Counted from the first letter of the stretch, positions 23,976-33,160 are shown. The stretch is DNA of 34,584 bases from an uncultured Clostridia bacterium (GCA_947629615.1 CANRER010000001.1:1-34584), one strand, 5' to 3'. The notes: a model not told the origin generated them from the letters alone. A program made the numbers and translations.

Positions 23976-26054
23976 TTATTGTGTGCTTTCCTCCGCCTCG
24001 GCTGTTTCCTCGGCGGGGATTTCCGTTCCGTCGGGGAGAACCTGCGGGGCGGCCTCGCCTTCGGGCGTTCCGTTATAAACCATCTCGTTGGTATAGCCGA
24101 GCACCTCGCGGCGGCTCGACGCCTGTCCCACGCAGATAACGTCGCCCGGCTCGACCTCCGCGCCCGATAGCATGACGCAGGTGGGGCTAAGCCGCTGGGT
24201 TTTCTTTTTCTGGTCGCCGTTTATGAAAATCTTGCTCTTTTCGGTGAAGCCATTGCCGTTGACGTAAAGGTTGTCGCCGACGACGGTCACGTAATCCAGC
24301 GTTACGGGAACCGTTCCCATGCGCATATCCGACGGCTTGTAATAATCCGGCGTGGGCCAGCCGTAATGCTGACCGTAGAGCGCGTCGTACATCAAAAGCT
24401 CAAGCTTTTCCTCATAGTCCGGGTCGGAGGCGCAGGTTTGGTTGAAGCGGTTTATAGCTCCGTTGTTAATGCCCAAAAGCCCGCAGACGTAAGAGCTGAG
24501 CATATTCGATTCCATTCTCAGGCGGGGCTGCTTTTCAAGGCCGATGTTATCCCATATCACGTATTCGGTAGTATAAACGTCGCCAAGAGCCACCTCCTCG
24601 TCGGTAAATTCCAAGCTGGGCAGGTGGTCGCCGTAAAGCACAAGCACCGTAGGCTCGCCGCGCTCCTCCAGCTTGGAGATAAGGTCGCCCACAAAGGCGT
24701 CCATCTCGCTGACCATGTTTGTGTAATACTCTATCATGCTGGTGCGCTCGTCGGTAAATACGCCGCGCTCCATGTGTATGGGCAGTTCCACGTCCTCCAA
24801 CGGCTCCTCGGGGTACTTGCCGTGCCCCTGCACCGAAACCGCCCACACGAACTTGCTTTGATGCTCGGTATCGGTGTCGATGGCTTTAAGTATCTCGCCG
24901 GTGAGGATTTTATCCTTGCACCAGTTGAAGGCCGTGCGCTCGATGTTATCCATGTATTCGATGGGCTGAAAGCTGTCGAAGCCCAAGTGGGGATAAACCT
25001 TGTCGCGGTCGTAGAAGTTGCCGGTGTGGTCGTGTATGGCGTGGCAGCCGTAGCCACGCTCCTTAAGATTGAAGGCTATGCTTTCGCAGGGAACCTCGAG
25101 CATAATTGTCTTATACGGGTATTCGCCGGAGCCGAACGGCTCCATGGACATACCAGTCAGCACTTCGAACTCCGAATTGGCGGTGCCGCCGCCGTAGGAC
25201 GGCATATGCAGCTCGCCCGAGGTGAAGCTGTCCTTCAGCCAAGTGAACACCGGCACGGGATTTTCGCTGTAAACCGCGCCGTTGATTAGGTTCGGGTCAA
25301 GGAAGGATTCGAGCTGAACCATGATTATGTTCGGCTGCACGGCTCCCTCCTCGGGTGCGGTCACGGGCGGCAGAGCGTCGGTCACGGCGCGGACCTTTTC
25401 CTCGCTGTAGCCCGACGGCTTGTCGATGCCGGTATCCAGCACGCTCGAGCTGAAGCAGTAGGCGAAGCCGTAATTCTTATACGCGCCCACAATATCGCCG
25501 AAGCGGTTGCTCAGGGTGTGGTAGTTGAGCCCGATGTTCGTCGCGACCAGCACGGCGGCCAGCAGGCCGACGATGGTCGCCACGTTTCGGCCGAAATTCA
25601 TTCTGCCGCTTATCTTCGGCCCCACTATCCACAGCACGGCCACAAGCAGCACCAAAAGCCCCGCCGCGACATACAGCATTATGCGCTGCGCCTTGGTGAG
25701 ATAAACCAGAATAAGGCTCAGCTTCACCACCTGAAAGTCCACCGCGCCCAAGGGCGTTACGCGGTAGCTGAGCACGGCGTTGTTGATAAGACCGCACACC
25801 AGCCACGGCAGCGAGAACAGCACTATGCCGAAAACCCTTCGCCTGAAAAGCAGGCAGAGCGACAGAGTGAAAATTATTATCAGGGCATTGTAAAAGAACA
25901 CCGTCGGGCTGGTGACAAGATGCTCGAAGGCTTGCGCCACGCTGCGGCGGCCAAGGGCCTCGATGACGAAATTCTCGACAATGCCGAGGAATATGCAAAA
26001 TATTATGGAATGTTTTTCAATAAAGCCGTAAAGGCCGGAAAAAAATTTTTTCAT
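23976..26054 (-). CDS. LTA-synthase-family (sulfatase-fold) membrane enzyme with a C-terminal beta-rich extension
   Basis: Start at ATG 26054 (MKKFFSGLYGF); the track start is 26084. Five N-terminal TM helices. Extracellular sulfatase domain: NIIMVQLESFLDP, GGGTANSEFEVLTG, VLYGDHLPS. About 110 extra C-terminal residues. Confidence 0.85.
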   Translation of the reverse strand: MKKFFSGLYGFIEKHSIIFCIFLGIVENFVIEALGRRSVAQAFEHLVTSPTVFFYNALIIIFTLSLCLLFRRRVFGIVLFSLPWLVCGLINNAVLSYRVTPLGAVDFQVVKLSLILVYLTKAQRIMLYVAAGLLVLLVAVLWIVGPKISGRMNFGRNVATIVGLLAAVLVATNIGLNYHTLSNRFGDIVGAYKNYGFAYCFSSSVLDTGIDKPSGYSEEKVRAVTDALPPVTAPEEGAVQPNIIMVQLESFLDPNLINGAVYSENPVPVFTWLKDSFTSGELHMPSYGGGTANSEFEVLTGMSMEPFGSGEYPYKTIMLEVPCESIAFNLKERGYGCHAIHDHTGNFYDRDKVYPHLGFDSFQPIEYMDNIERTAFNWCKDKILTGEILKAIDTDTEHQSKFVWAVSVQGHGKYPEEPLEDVELPIHMERGVFTDERTSMIEYYTNMVSEMDAFVGDLISKLEERGEPTVLVLYGDHLPSLEFTDEEVALGDVYTTEYVIWDNIGLEKQPRLRMESNMLSSYVCGLLGINNGAINRFNQTCASDPDYEEKLELLMYDALYGQHYGWPTPDYYKPSDMRMGTVPVTLDYVTVVGDNLYVNGNGFTEKSKIFINGDQKKKTQRLSPTCVMLSGAEVEPGDVICVGQASSRREVLGYTNEMVYNGTPEGEAAPQVLPDGTEIPAEETAEAEESTQ

Positions 26055-26096
26055 TTCCAAACCCCCGCGTAAGAGAGGCGGCAAAAGCCGCCGTAG

Positions 26097-26339
26097 TTAT
26101 TTTACAATTATTATATGGCAGGCCTCGGCGATGACGGGAGCGTCCTCGCGGCCGCATTGGGTAAGAGCCGCGGCGGAGCCTCCCACGGCGACGGCCGCGG
26201 CGGCGATGATCGCGATTATCTTCCCGACGGGGCTTTTCTTCTTCGGCTTTTCGGGCCCGCTCTCGTGGAGAACCGCCCCGCAGCCGCTGCAAAGCTCCTT
26301 GTCGTCCGGGTTCATTTTCCCGCATTTAGGACAAAACAC
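26097..26339 (-). CDS. Small zinc-ribbon membrane protein
   Basis: I place the start at GTG 26339, 8 nt after GGAGG; the track uses TTG 26354. (M)FCPKCGKMNPDDKELCSGCG gives CxxC...CxxC, then a basic linker and TM IIAIIAAAAVAVGGSAAAL. Lies 42 nt upstream of the LtaS-family gene. Confidence 0.65.
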   Translation of the reverse strand: MFCPKCGKMNPDDKELCSGCGAVLHESGPEKPKKKSPVGKIIAIIAAAAVAVGGSAAALTQCGREDAPVIAEACHIIIVK

Positions 26340-26386
26340 AAGCTTCACCTCCAATATATTGTGGTTTGAGCCTCAAATACTAATCT

Positions 26387-26415
26387 ATTATACAACAAAG
26401 TTTTTCATTCGTCAA
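26387..26415 (-). promoter_or_regulatory. SigA promoter of the zinc-ribbon / LtaS-family transcription unit
   Basis: Minus strand reads TTGACG, 17 nt, TATAAT. Confidence 0.6.
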
Positions 26416-26483
26416 TAGCAAGTTGCAAAATTAACAAATGGGTAAAAAATTTTTGCGCGGCGTTTTGCCGTTCAAAGAATTTG

Positions 26484-26512
26484 TTGACAAGCCCCCCTCA
26501 AAACTGTATAAT
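26484..26512 (+). promoter_or_regulatory. Consensus SigA promoter of birA
   Basis: TTGACA (26484..26489), exactly 17 nt, TATAAT (26507..26512). It lies 22 nt upstream of the GTG start. Confidence 0.7.
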
Positions 26513-26534
26513 TGTAAAAAAAGGGGTGATCTCC

Positions 26535-27317
26535 GTGGACGGAAAAAGCATAGGCGGGCGGCTTGACGCCGCCGTTATCTCGGCCCTTTCGGGGGCGGAG
26601 GCGCGCGTGTTTGAAAGCCTCGGCTCCACCAACGACGCCGCCAAGGAGCTTGCGGCCTCCGCGCCGGAGGGCTTCGCCGTGCTGGCCGAAAGACAGACCG
26701 CCGGCCGAGGCAGGCGCGGGCGCACGTTTGTTTCGCCGCCGGGCGGGCTTTATATGAGCGTGGTTCTCCGCCCCAAGGCCGACGCGGCCCGCCTGCCCAT
26801 GCTGACGGCTGCCTCGGCGGTGGCTGTGGCCGACGCGATAGAGGCCGTCTGCGGCGAAAGCTGCGCCATAAAGTGGGTGAACGACCTTTACCTGCGCGGG
26901 CGCAAGGTCTGCGGAATACTGGCCGAGGCAGTGCCTCTGCCCGGCGGCGGCATAGGCGGCGCGGTGGTAGGCGTGGGGGTGAACTTTTGCGGCGGGGAGG
27001 CCGACGTCCCGGCGGAGCTGCGCGGCAAAATGGGCTTCATTTTCGGCGGCGAGCCGTCGGCGGAGCGAAGCGTTCTCGCGGCGGAGATAATAAAAAACCT
27101 GCTGAAGCGGTCGGCGGAGCTTGAAAGCGCGGCCTTTCTCGGCGAGTATCGGCGGCGCTGCTTCGTGCCGGGGCGATGGGTGGAATTTACGCGCGGGGGC
27201 GAGGTCGTCCGCGCGAGGGCCGTCGGCATAGACGAGAGCTGCGCCCTCGTCGTCGAAACGGCGGACGGGAAGCGCGAGGCGCTCTCGGCGGGCGAGGTTT
27301 CCGTCGCGCCGATGTAA
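26535..27317 (+). CDS. birA: Biotin--[acetyl-CoA-carboxylase] ligase, group I (no N-terminal HTH)
   Basis: I place the start at GTG 26535 after AAAGGGGTGA; the track's TTG at 26481 lies inside the promoter. QTAGRGRRGRTFVSPPGGLYMSVVL (GRGRxGR loop) and KWVNDL are present. At 260 aa there is no room for a DNA-binding domain. Confidence 0.88.
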   Translation: MDGKSIGGRLDAAVISALSGAEARVFESLGSTNDAAKELAASAPEGFAVLAERQTAGRGRRGRTFVSPPGGLYMSVVLRPKADAARLPMLTAASAVAVADAIEAVCGESCAIKWVNDLYLRGRKVCGILAEAVPLPGGGIGGAVVGVGVNFCGGEADVPAELRGKMGFIFGGEPSAERSVLAAEIIKNLLKRSAELESAAFLGEYRRRCFVPGRWVEFTRGGEVVRARAVGIDESCALVVETADGKREALSAGEVSVAPM

Positions 27318-27368
27318 CTATACACAAAAACAAACGGAAAATTTCGGCGGTTTTTGCCGAATTGGCAG

Positions 27369-27397
27369 TTGATTATTCGGCCGTTTTGGGATATTAT
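27369..27397 (+). promoter_or_regulatory. Candidate promoter of the ACT/UPF0210 pair
   Basis: TTGATT, 17 nt, TATTAT, 35 nt upstream of ATG 27433. Confidence 0.4.
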
Positions 27398-27432
27398 ATA
27401 GTAGATAAAGCAACAGAATCGGAGGAACAGTC

Positions 27433-27702
27433 ATGAAAGCAGTCGTAACCGTCGTCGGGAAGGACCGCACCGGCATTATCGCCAAGGTCAGCGGCCTTCT
27501 TTACGAAAACAACATCAATATCCTCGACATAGCCCAGACCATAATGCAGGACGTGTTCACGATGATAACCCTCATCGACACCACCAACAGCAGCCTTGAC
27601 TTTTCCGAGCTCAAGGCCGCCCTCGAAAAGGCCGGCGAGGAGCTTGGCGTCGCGATAACGCTTCAGCACGAGGATCTGTTCAACTCTATGCACCGCATTT
27701 AG
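27433..27702 (+). CDS. ACT-domain protein, UPF0237 family
   Basis: 89 aa. MKAVVTVVGKDRTGIIAKVSGLLYENNINILDIAQTIMQDVFTM is the typical ACT fold signature of the UPF0237 family. GGAGGA RBS. Confidence 0.85.
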   Translation: MKAVVTVVGKDRTGIIAKVSGLLYENNINILDIAQTIMQDVFTMITLIDTTNSSLDFSELKAALEKAGEELGVAITLQHEDLFNSMHRI

Positions 27703-27726
27703 CGCCAAAGAAAGGACTGAAATCCC

Positions 27727-29085
27727 ATGCTGAGCATCAGCCCCGTTGAAATAATCGAAACCCTTAATATGATAAAGGACGAGCATCTTGACGTTCGCAC
27801 CATAACTATGGGCATCTCTCTTTTGGACTGCGTGAGCGACGACTGTAAAAGGGGAGCGGCCCGCGTATACGACAAGGTGACAAGGCTGGCCGAAAACCTC
27901 GTCGCGACCGGCGAGCGCATCGAGGCGGAATACGGCATACCCATCGTGAACAAGCGCATTTCCGTAACGCCGGTGTCGCTTGTCAGCGCGGCCTGCGGCC
28001 ACAGCCTCGAATTTGCCCGCGCCCTCGACAGGGCCGCCGCCGCGACCGGGGTAAACTTCCTCGGCGGCTACAGCGCGCTTGTGGCCAAGGGCTACACCGA
28101 GGCCGACCGCGAGTTTATCGAGTCCATACCCGAGGCCCTCGCCACCACGGAGCGGCTTTGCTCCTCGGTCAATGTGGCTACCACGAAGGCCGGCATAAAT
28201 ATGGACGCGGTGCGCCACATGGGCAGTATAATCAAGCGCACCGCCGAGGCCACGGCGGACAGCGGCGGCTTCGGCTGCGCAAAGCTGGTGGTTTTCGCTA
28301 ACGCTGTTGAGGACAACCCCTTCATGGCGGGGGCCTTCCACGGCGCGGGCGAGCCGGAATGTGTGATAAACGTGGGCGTCAGCGGCCCCGGGGTGGTTAA
28401 GTGCGCCCTTGAAAAGGTGAAGGGCGAGCCCTTCGGCGTTGTGGCCGAAACCATCAAAAAAACGGCGTTCAAGATAACCCGCATGGGCCAGATGGTGGCC
28501 GAGGAGGCCAGCCGCCGCCTTGGCGTACCCTTCGGCATTGTGGATCTTTCCCTCGCGCCCACCCCGGCGCGGGGCGACAGCGTGGCCCATATCCTCGAGG
28601 AAATGGGGCTGGAGGTCTGCGGCACGCACGGCACCACCGCCGCGCTCGCCCTGCTCAACGACGCCGTCAAGAAGGGCGGCGTAATGGCGAGCAGCTATGT
28701 GGGCGGCCTGAGCGGAGCCTTTATCCCCGTCAGCGAGGACGCCGGCATGATAGCCGCCGCCAAAAGCGGCAGTCTGACCCTTGAAAAGCTCGAAGCCATG
28801 ACCTGCGTGTGCAGCGTCGGGCTGGATATGATAGCCGTACCCGGCGCGACCGACGCCGACACCATCAGCGGCATTATCGCCGACGAAATGGCCATCGGCA
28901 TGATAAATTCAAAAACCACGGCCGTGCGCGTGATACCCGCCCCCGGCAAGGACGTTGGCGACGAGGTGGAGTTCGGCGGCCTTTTGGGCACCGCCCCCAT
29001 CATGCCCGTGCGCGGCGGGAGCTGCGCGGAGTTCATCGCCCGAGGCGGCCGCATACCCGCGCCGATACACAGCCTTAAAAACTGA
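27727..29085 (+). CDS. UPF0210 / DUF711 family protein
   Basis: 452 aa. N-terminal [28 protein letters not shown] and C-terminal [13 protein letters not shown] are characteristic of this family. It follows its usual ACT-domain partner by 24 nt. Confidence 0.85.
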   Translation: MLSISPVEIIETLNMIKDEHLDVRTITMGISLLDCVSDDCKRGAARVYDKVTRLAENLVATGERIEAEYGIPIVNKRISVTPVSLVSAACGHSLEFARALDRAAAATGVNFLGGYSALVAKGYTEADREFIESIPEALATTERLCSSVNVATTKAGINMDAVRHMGSIIKRTAEATADSGGFGCAKLVVFANAVEDNPFMAGAFHGAGEPECVINVGVSGPGVVKCALEKVKGEPFGVVAETIKKTAFKITRMGQMVAEEASRRLGVPFGIVDLSLAPTPARGDSVAHILEEMGLEVCGTHGTTAALALLNDAVKKGGVMASSYVGGLSGAFIPVSEDAGMIAAAKSGSLTLEKLEAMTCVCSVGLDMIAVPGATDADTISGIIADEMAIGMINSKTTAVRVIPAPGKDVGDEVEFGGLLGTAPIMPVRGGSCAEFIARGGRIPAPIHSLKN

Positions 29086-29117
29086 CGTAACGCGACATTA
29101 AAAAGAAGGTAATTCCA

Positions 29118-30308
29118 ATGGAGAGCTACGAAATTTTCCGCGATTTGGCAATAATTATCCTTGCGGCCAAGCTGTTCGGTATGCTTGCGCGTAAGCTGAA
29201 GGCCCCGCAGGTTGTCGGCATGATAATCGCCGGCATCGTCATAGGGCCGGGCGTACTCGGCCTTGTGCGCCAAAGCGACTATATTCTGCAAACCGCCGAG
29301 ATAGGCGTTATGCTGCTGATGTTTTCGGCGGGCCTCGGCACCGACCTCAAAGAGCTCGTCAAGACCGGGCCGGCGGCGCTGCTTACGGCCTGCGCAGGGG
29401 TGCTGGCTCCGCTTCTCGGCGGGTGGGCGCTTTACAGCGCGTTTTACGGCTTTTCGCCGTTCGGCAGCCTTGAATTTTACGAGGCGGTTTTCGTGGGCGT
29501 TATTATGACGGCCACCTCGGTATCCATAACCGTGCAGGCCCTGATGGAGCTTGGCAAGCTGAAAACCCGCGTGGGTACGCTGATATTGAGCGCCGCCATC
29601 ATCGACGACGTGATCGGCGTTGTGGTGATGACCTTCGTTATCGGCCTGCGCAGCCCAGACTCTCACCCCGCCGCCGTTTTGCGCGGCACGGCGTTGTTCT
29701 TCGTGTTCGCGGCGGCGTTCGGCTTTGTGTGCTACAAGGTTTTCAAAAAGCTCGACAAACGCTACGAGCACACCCGCCGCATACCCATATTGGGGCTGGC
29801 GCTGTGCTTTGGGTTGTCCTACGCGGCCGAGCGTTACTTCGGCATAGCCGACATCACCGGCGCTTACGTGGCGGGCATAATCCTTTGCAATATCCGCGAC
29901 AGCCGATATATAGCCGAAAAAATGGACGTCAGCAGCTATATGCTTTTCGGCCCCGTGTTCTTCGCGAGTATCGGCCTTAAAACCAATCCCGCCGCGCTGG
30001 ACGGGCGGCTGCTCGTTTTCGCGCTGCTGTTCGTGCTGGTCGCCATGCTGACGAAGATTATCGGCTGCGGCCTGATGGCGCGGGCCTTCCGCTACAGCGG
30101 CAGCGACGCGCTGAAGGTGGGCGTCGGCATGATGACGCGCGGCGAGGTGGCCCTTATCGTGTCGCAAAAGGGACTTTCGGTGGGCCTGCTCGACGCTTCG
30201 TTCTTTACGGCGGTGATACTGCTCATCGTCATATCCTCGATTTTAACGCCCATCGTGCTGAAGCTTCTGTACGCCCGCGACGAAAAAATGGCCGCGGAGG
30301 CGGAATAA
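29118..30308 (+). CDS. Cation:proton antiporter (CPA2, Kef/NapA-like Na_H_Exchanger domain)
   Basis: 396 aa, polytopic. FRDLAIIILAAKLFGMLARKLKAPQVVGMIIAGIVIGPGVLG is the typical first-helix signature. No KTN/RCK domain is attached. Confidence 0.85.
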   Translation: MESYEIFRDLAIIILAAKLFGMLARKLKAPQVVGMIIAGIVIGPGVLGLVRQSDYILQTAEIGVMLLMFSAGLGTDLKELVKTGPAALLTACAGVLAPLLGGWALYSAFYGFSPFGSLEFYEAVFVGVIMTATSVSITVQALMELGKLKTRVGTLILSAAIIDDVIGVVVMTFVIGLRSPDSHPAAVLRGTALFFVFAAAFGFVCYKVFKKLDKRYEHTRRIPILGLALCFGLSYAAERYFGIADITGAYVAGIILCNIRDSRYIAEKMDVSSYMLFGPVFFASIGLKTNPAALDGRLLVFALLFVLVAMLTKIIGCGLMARAFRYSGSDALKVGVGMMTRGEVALIVSQKGLSVGLLDASFFTAVILLIVISSILTPIVLKLLYARDEKMAAEAE

Positions 30309-30409
30309 GGCCGATTTTCCTTGGCAGATATTAAAATGCACAATTTTAATGCCGCGCCCCCTCGGTTTTTTTGTGAGTATTATTGATAGAAAAACAGTCG
30401 AAAAAACGA

Positions 30410-30415
30410 TATAAT
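30410..30415 (+). promoter_or_regulatory. Candidate -10 box (TATAAT) upstream of the Nudix gene
   Basis: TATAAT lies 31 nt before GTG 30447. The hexamer at 17-nt spacing is only TAGAAA (4 of 6). A better TTGATA sits at an unfavourable 21-nt spacing. Confidence 0.35.
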
Positions 30416-30446
30416 ATTAACGACAATTACGTGAGAGGTGTAAATA

Positions 30447-31001
30447 GTGGACTTTTCCGAGAAGACCATCAATTCGGACTACAAGTTCATCGGCGAGATA
30501 ATAAAGCTTCGTGTTGACACCGTGGAAACCCCCGGCGGCAACACGGCCACCCGCGAGCTTGTGGAGCATCCCGGCGGCGTGGCGGTAGTGGCGCTGACCG
30601 ACGAGGGCAACGTCATTATGGAATGGCAGTACCGCCGCCCTTTCGACAGGAACGTTTACGAAATACCCGCGGGCAAGCGCGACGCCGGCGAGGATCCGCT
30701 CGACTGCGGCAAGCGCGAGCTCGAGGAGGAAACGGGGTATAAGGCGAAAAGCTTCACCTACCTCGGCAGCGTGCTGCCCACCCCCGGCTTTTGCAGCGAG
30801 GTGCTGCATATGTATGTCGCCACCGGCCTTTATAAGGGCAAGGTGAAGCGCGATAAGGACGAATATCTCGAGCTTGAGCAGGTTCCGCTGGAATCGGTTG
30901 TGGAAAAGATTTTGAGCGGCGAGATAGTGGACGCGAAAACCTGCGTCGCCGTGCTCAAGGTAAATGAAATGCTCCGCCGGGGTACGCTGAAAATAAAATA
31001 A
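30447..31001 (+). CDS. nudF: ADP-ribose pyrophosphatase-type Nudix hydrolase
   Basis: 184 aa, GTG start after GAGAGGTG. Nudix box: GKRDAGEDPLDCGKRELEEETGY. The overall layout resembles NudF/YqkG. Confidence 0.8.
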   Translation: MDFSEKTINSDYKFIGEIIKLRVDTVETPGGNTATRELVEHPGGVAVVALTDEGNVIMEWQYRRPFDRNVYEIPAGKRDAGEDPLDCGKRELEEETGYKAKSFTYLGSVLPTPGFCSEVLHMYVATGLYKGKVKRDKDEYLELEQVPLESVVEKILSGEIVDAKTCVAVLKVNEMLRRGTLKIK

Positions 31002-31007
31002 TTAAAT

Positions 31008-31038
31008 GAAGAAGCAGGGTACGCCCTGCTTCTTTTTT
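31008..31038 (+). terminator. Rho-independent terminator after the Nudix gene
   Basis: AGAAGCAGGG-tacg-CCCTGCTTCT followed by TTTTT. Confidence 0.8.
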
Positions 31039-31073
31039 GCGGAAAAAATTTAGAAATATATTAATTATTCTTC

Positions 31074-31102
31074 TTTACAAAAGAAAAAAATTACGATATA
31101 AT
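31074..31102 (+). promoter_or_regulatory. SigA promoter of the hydrolase / truA / TerB-like unit
   Basis: TTTACA, 17 nt, TATAAT, 30 nt upstream of GTG 31133. Confidence 0.6.
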
Positions 31103-31132
31103 AAAATCAGAAAACCGAAAGCAGGTGACGCT

Positions 31133-31852
31133 GTGAAAGCCGCTCAATCAAGCTACATACAACTGGATACCGCCAAAATCCACTTCGAGATATACGGCTC
31201 GGCCCCGAGAACGCTGTTGCTGCTCCACGGCAACGGCGAGAGCGGCGCGGGCTGCTTCGCCAAGCAGCTCGAGCCCTTCAGCCGCGACTTCACCGTTGTG
31301 GCGATGGACAGCCGAGGGCAGGGCAGGTCTACCTTTGGCCGCAAAAAGCTGACTATAGCCCAGATTGCCGACGACGCCTTCGCGCTGCTCGAGGCTCTCG
31401 GAGTGAAGAGGGCTTCGGTCGTCGGCTTCAGCGACGGCGCCAACGCCGCGATGGCCATGCTGCTGAAGGACGGCGGCGTTATCGAAAAGGCCGTGCTGGC
31501 CGGGGGCAACCTTTTCCCCGCCGGCGTTAAGGAGGTCTATCAAAAGCCGATAGAACTGGGCTTTAAGCTTTTGGCCGGCAAGGCCAAGCGCGACAGCTCG
31601 GCCCGCAGGCGGCTGGCGGTTATGTCGCTGATGGTGCGCGAGCCGAACCTTTCGCCCGAGGAGCTTAAAAGGATAAGCGTTCCCACGCTGGTAATGGCCG
31701 GGGGCCGCGACATGATAAAGGAGGCCCACACCCGCCTCATCGCGGACAGCATTCCCGGCGCGCGGCTCAAAATAATTCCCGGCTGCGGCCACTTCGTGTT
31801 CGATAAGGCCGCCGACGAGGCCAACGCCGCCGTGCTGGACTTTTTGTCATGA
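31133..31852 (+). CDS. Alpha/beta-fold hydrolase
   Basis: I place the start at GTG 31133 after AGCAGGTGA; the track's TTG 31037 start lies upstream of the promoter. LLLHGNGES, nucleophile elbow GFSDGA, C-terminal GCGHFVF. Confidence 0.8.
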   Translation: MKAAQSSYIQLDTAKIHFEIYGSAPRTLLLLHGNGESGAGCFAKQLEPFSRDFTVVAMDSRGQGRSTFGRKKLTIAQIADDAFALLEALGVKRASVVGFSDGANAAMAMLLKDGGVIEKAVLAGGNLFPAGVKEVYQKPIELGFKLLAGKAKRDSSARRRLAVMSLMVREPNLSPEELKRISVPTLVMAGGRDMIKEAHTRLIADSIPGARLKIIPGCGHFVFDKAADEANAAVLDFLS

Positions 31853-32586
31853 AAAATTTCAAGCTGACAGTGGCCTACGACGGCACGCGCTACAGCGGGT
31901 GGCAGCGTCAGGGCAACGCGCCGAACACCGTTCAAGGCAGGATTGAGGCCGTGCTTGGCGAGATTTTCGGCCATAAAATCGAGATACACGGCAGCGGCCG
32001 CACCGACGCCGGCGTTCACGCGCTGGGCCAAACGGCAAGCTTCGCCGCCGAAACGCGGCTTTCCCCCGACGAGCTGCGCGTCGGCCTTAACCGCTATCTT
32101 CCGCAGGACATAGCCGTCACCGCCGTCGAGGAAATGCCCGAACGCTTCCACGCGCGGCTCCTCGCCCGCCGCAAGACCTACGTCTATCGGCTGTGGATTA
32201 GGGATTGGCCCGATGTGTTCGGACGCAGGTTCACCTACGGCGTGGGCGCAATGCCGAACGCCGAGGAAATGCGCCTCGCCGCAGAGAGGCTTACGGGCCG
32301 CCATGATTTTATCGGCTATTCGTCGCTGAAAAAAGCGAAAAAATCCACCGTGCGCACCCTCGAAAGCATTCGCGTGGAGGATGCGGGCGACGAGCTGCGC
32401 CTTGTATTTATCGGCGACGGCTTTTTGTATAACATGGCGCGTATCATCTCCGGCACGCTTCTGGAGGTGGGGCTTGGGAAAAGGGATATTCCCGGCGCGG
32501 CCCGCGCCTTGACGACGCTCGACAGGGCCGACGCGGGGCCTACGCTGCCCGCGTGCGGACTTACGCTGGTCAGCGTGGAATATTAA
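31849..32586 (+). CDS. truA: tRNA pseudouridine(38-40) synthase TruA
   Basis: 245 aa. LTVAYDGTRYSGWQRQ and the catalytic GRTDAGVHA. ATGA overlap with the hydrolase gene. Confidence 0.92.
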   Translation: MKNFKLTVAYDGTRYSGWQRQGNAPNTVQGRIEAVLGEIFGHKIEIHGSGRTDAGVHALGQTASFAAETRLSPDELRVGLNRYLPQDIAVTAVEEMPERFHARLLARRKTYVYRLWIRDWPDVFGRRFTYGVGAMPNAEEMRLAAERLTGRHDFIGYSSLKKAKKSTVRTLESIRVEDAGDELRLVFIGDGFLYNMARIISGTLLEVGLGKRDIPGAARALTTLDRADAGPTLPACGLTLVSVEY

Positions 32587-32605
32587 ACGGAAAGAGGCAA
32601 ACGAT

Positions 32606-32923
32606 ATGTCGTTAAAAAGCTTAGACAAAACCGCCCGCGAGGCTTTTTTCACCGCCGCGCGGTACGTCGCCGGCACCGACCGGCTCGTTTCCGAGGCCGA
32701 AAAGCAGTGGCTGCGCGAGAAGGCCGAGGAGCTTGACCTTGACGATAACGCCGGCGCGGCCGGCGATATAGACGAGGCCGTGGAAATTCTGCGCCGCCTC
32801 GGCAAAGACGAACGCTCCGCCGTTTTCGACGAGCTGGAGGCCCTCGCCAAGTGCGATAACGAATATAACGGCAACGAACAGATTGTGATTAATGCGTTTC
32901 GGGATATGCTGAATATTGATTAA
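32606..32923 (+). CDS. Small acidic helical protein, possibly TerB-like; function unknown
   Basis: 105-aa ORF with an AAGAGG RBS, ending just before a strong terminator. The TerB-like call rests only on the helical/acidic pattern (SEAEKQWLREKAEELDLDD...DERSAVFDELEALAKCD) and is weak. Confidence 0.55.
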   Translation: MSLKSLDKTAREAFFTAARYVAGTDRLVSEAEKQWLREKAEELDLDDNAGAAGDIDEAVEILRRLGKDERSAVFDELEALAKCDNEYNGNEQIVINAFRDMLNID

Positions 32924-32935
32924 GGACATAAAAAC

Positions 32936-32965
32936 GAAAATCCGCTCGCATGAGCGGATTTTCTA
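32936..32965. terminator. Rho-independent terminator after the TerB-like gene
   Basis: GAAAATCCGCTC-gcat-GAGCGGATTTTC: a 12-bp perfect stem with a T-run on the plus strand. Confidence 0.8.
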
Positions 32966-33084
32966 CGTTAATTCATTGGTTTTTCGATAAAAATATGATG
33001 CTCAAAGAGGCCTTTGGGGCCCCCGCAAAGACGGCGGAGCCGGTCTGTGCGTATTTTTTAACGGCCTCTTTTTAGCTTTTTGCG

Positions 33085-33156
33085 TCATTTAATATGAAGC
33101 AGCATTCTTGCCGCCGCGTTAAGTATTTTCGGAAGCCTCACCACAAAGATTTTCAC
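33085..33156 (-). CDS. spoVM: Stage V sporulation protein M-like 23-aa peptide
   Basis: Hand-read: GTG AAA ATC TTT GTG GTG AGG CTT CCG AAA ATA CTT AAC GCG GCG GCA AGA ATG CTG CTT CAT ATT AAA TGA gives (M)KIFVVRLPKILNAAARMLLHIK. Gapless alignment to B. subtilis SpoVM (MKFYTIKLPKFLGGIVRAMLGSFRKD) gives identities at M1, K2, L8, P9, K10, L12, R17 and L20. A GGAGGTGA RBS lies upstream. Confidence 0.65.
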   Translation of the reverse strand: MKIFVVRLPKILNAAARMLLHIK

Positions 33157-33160
33157 CAGC

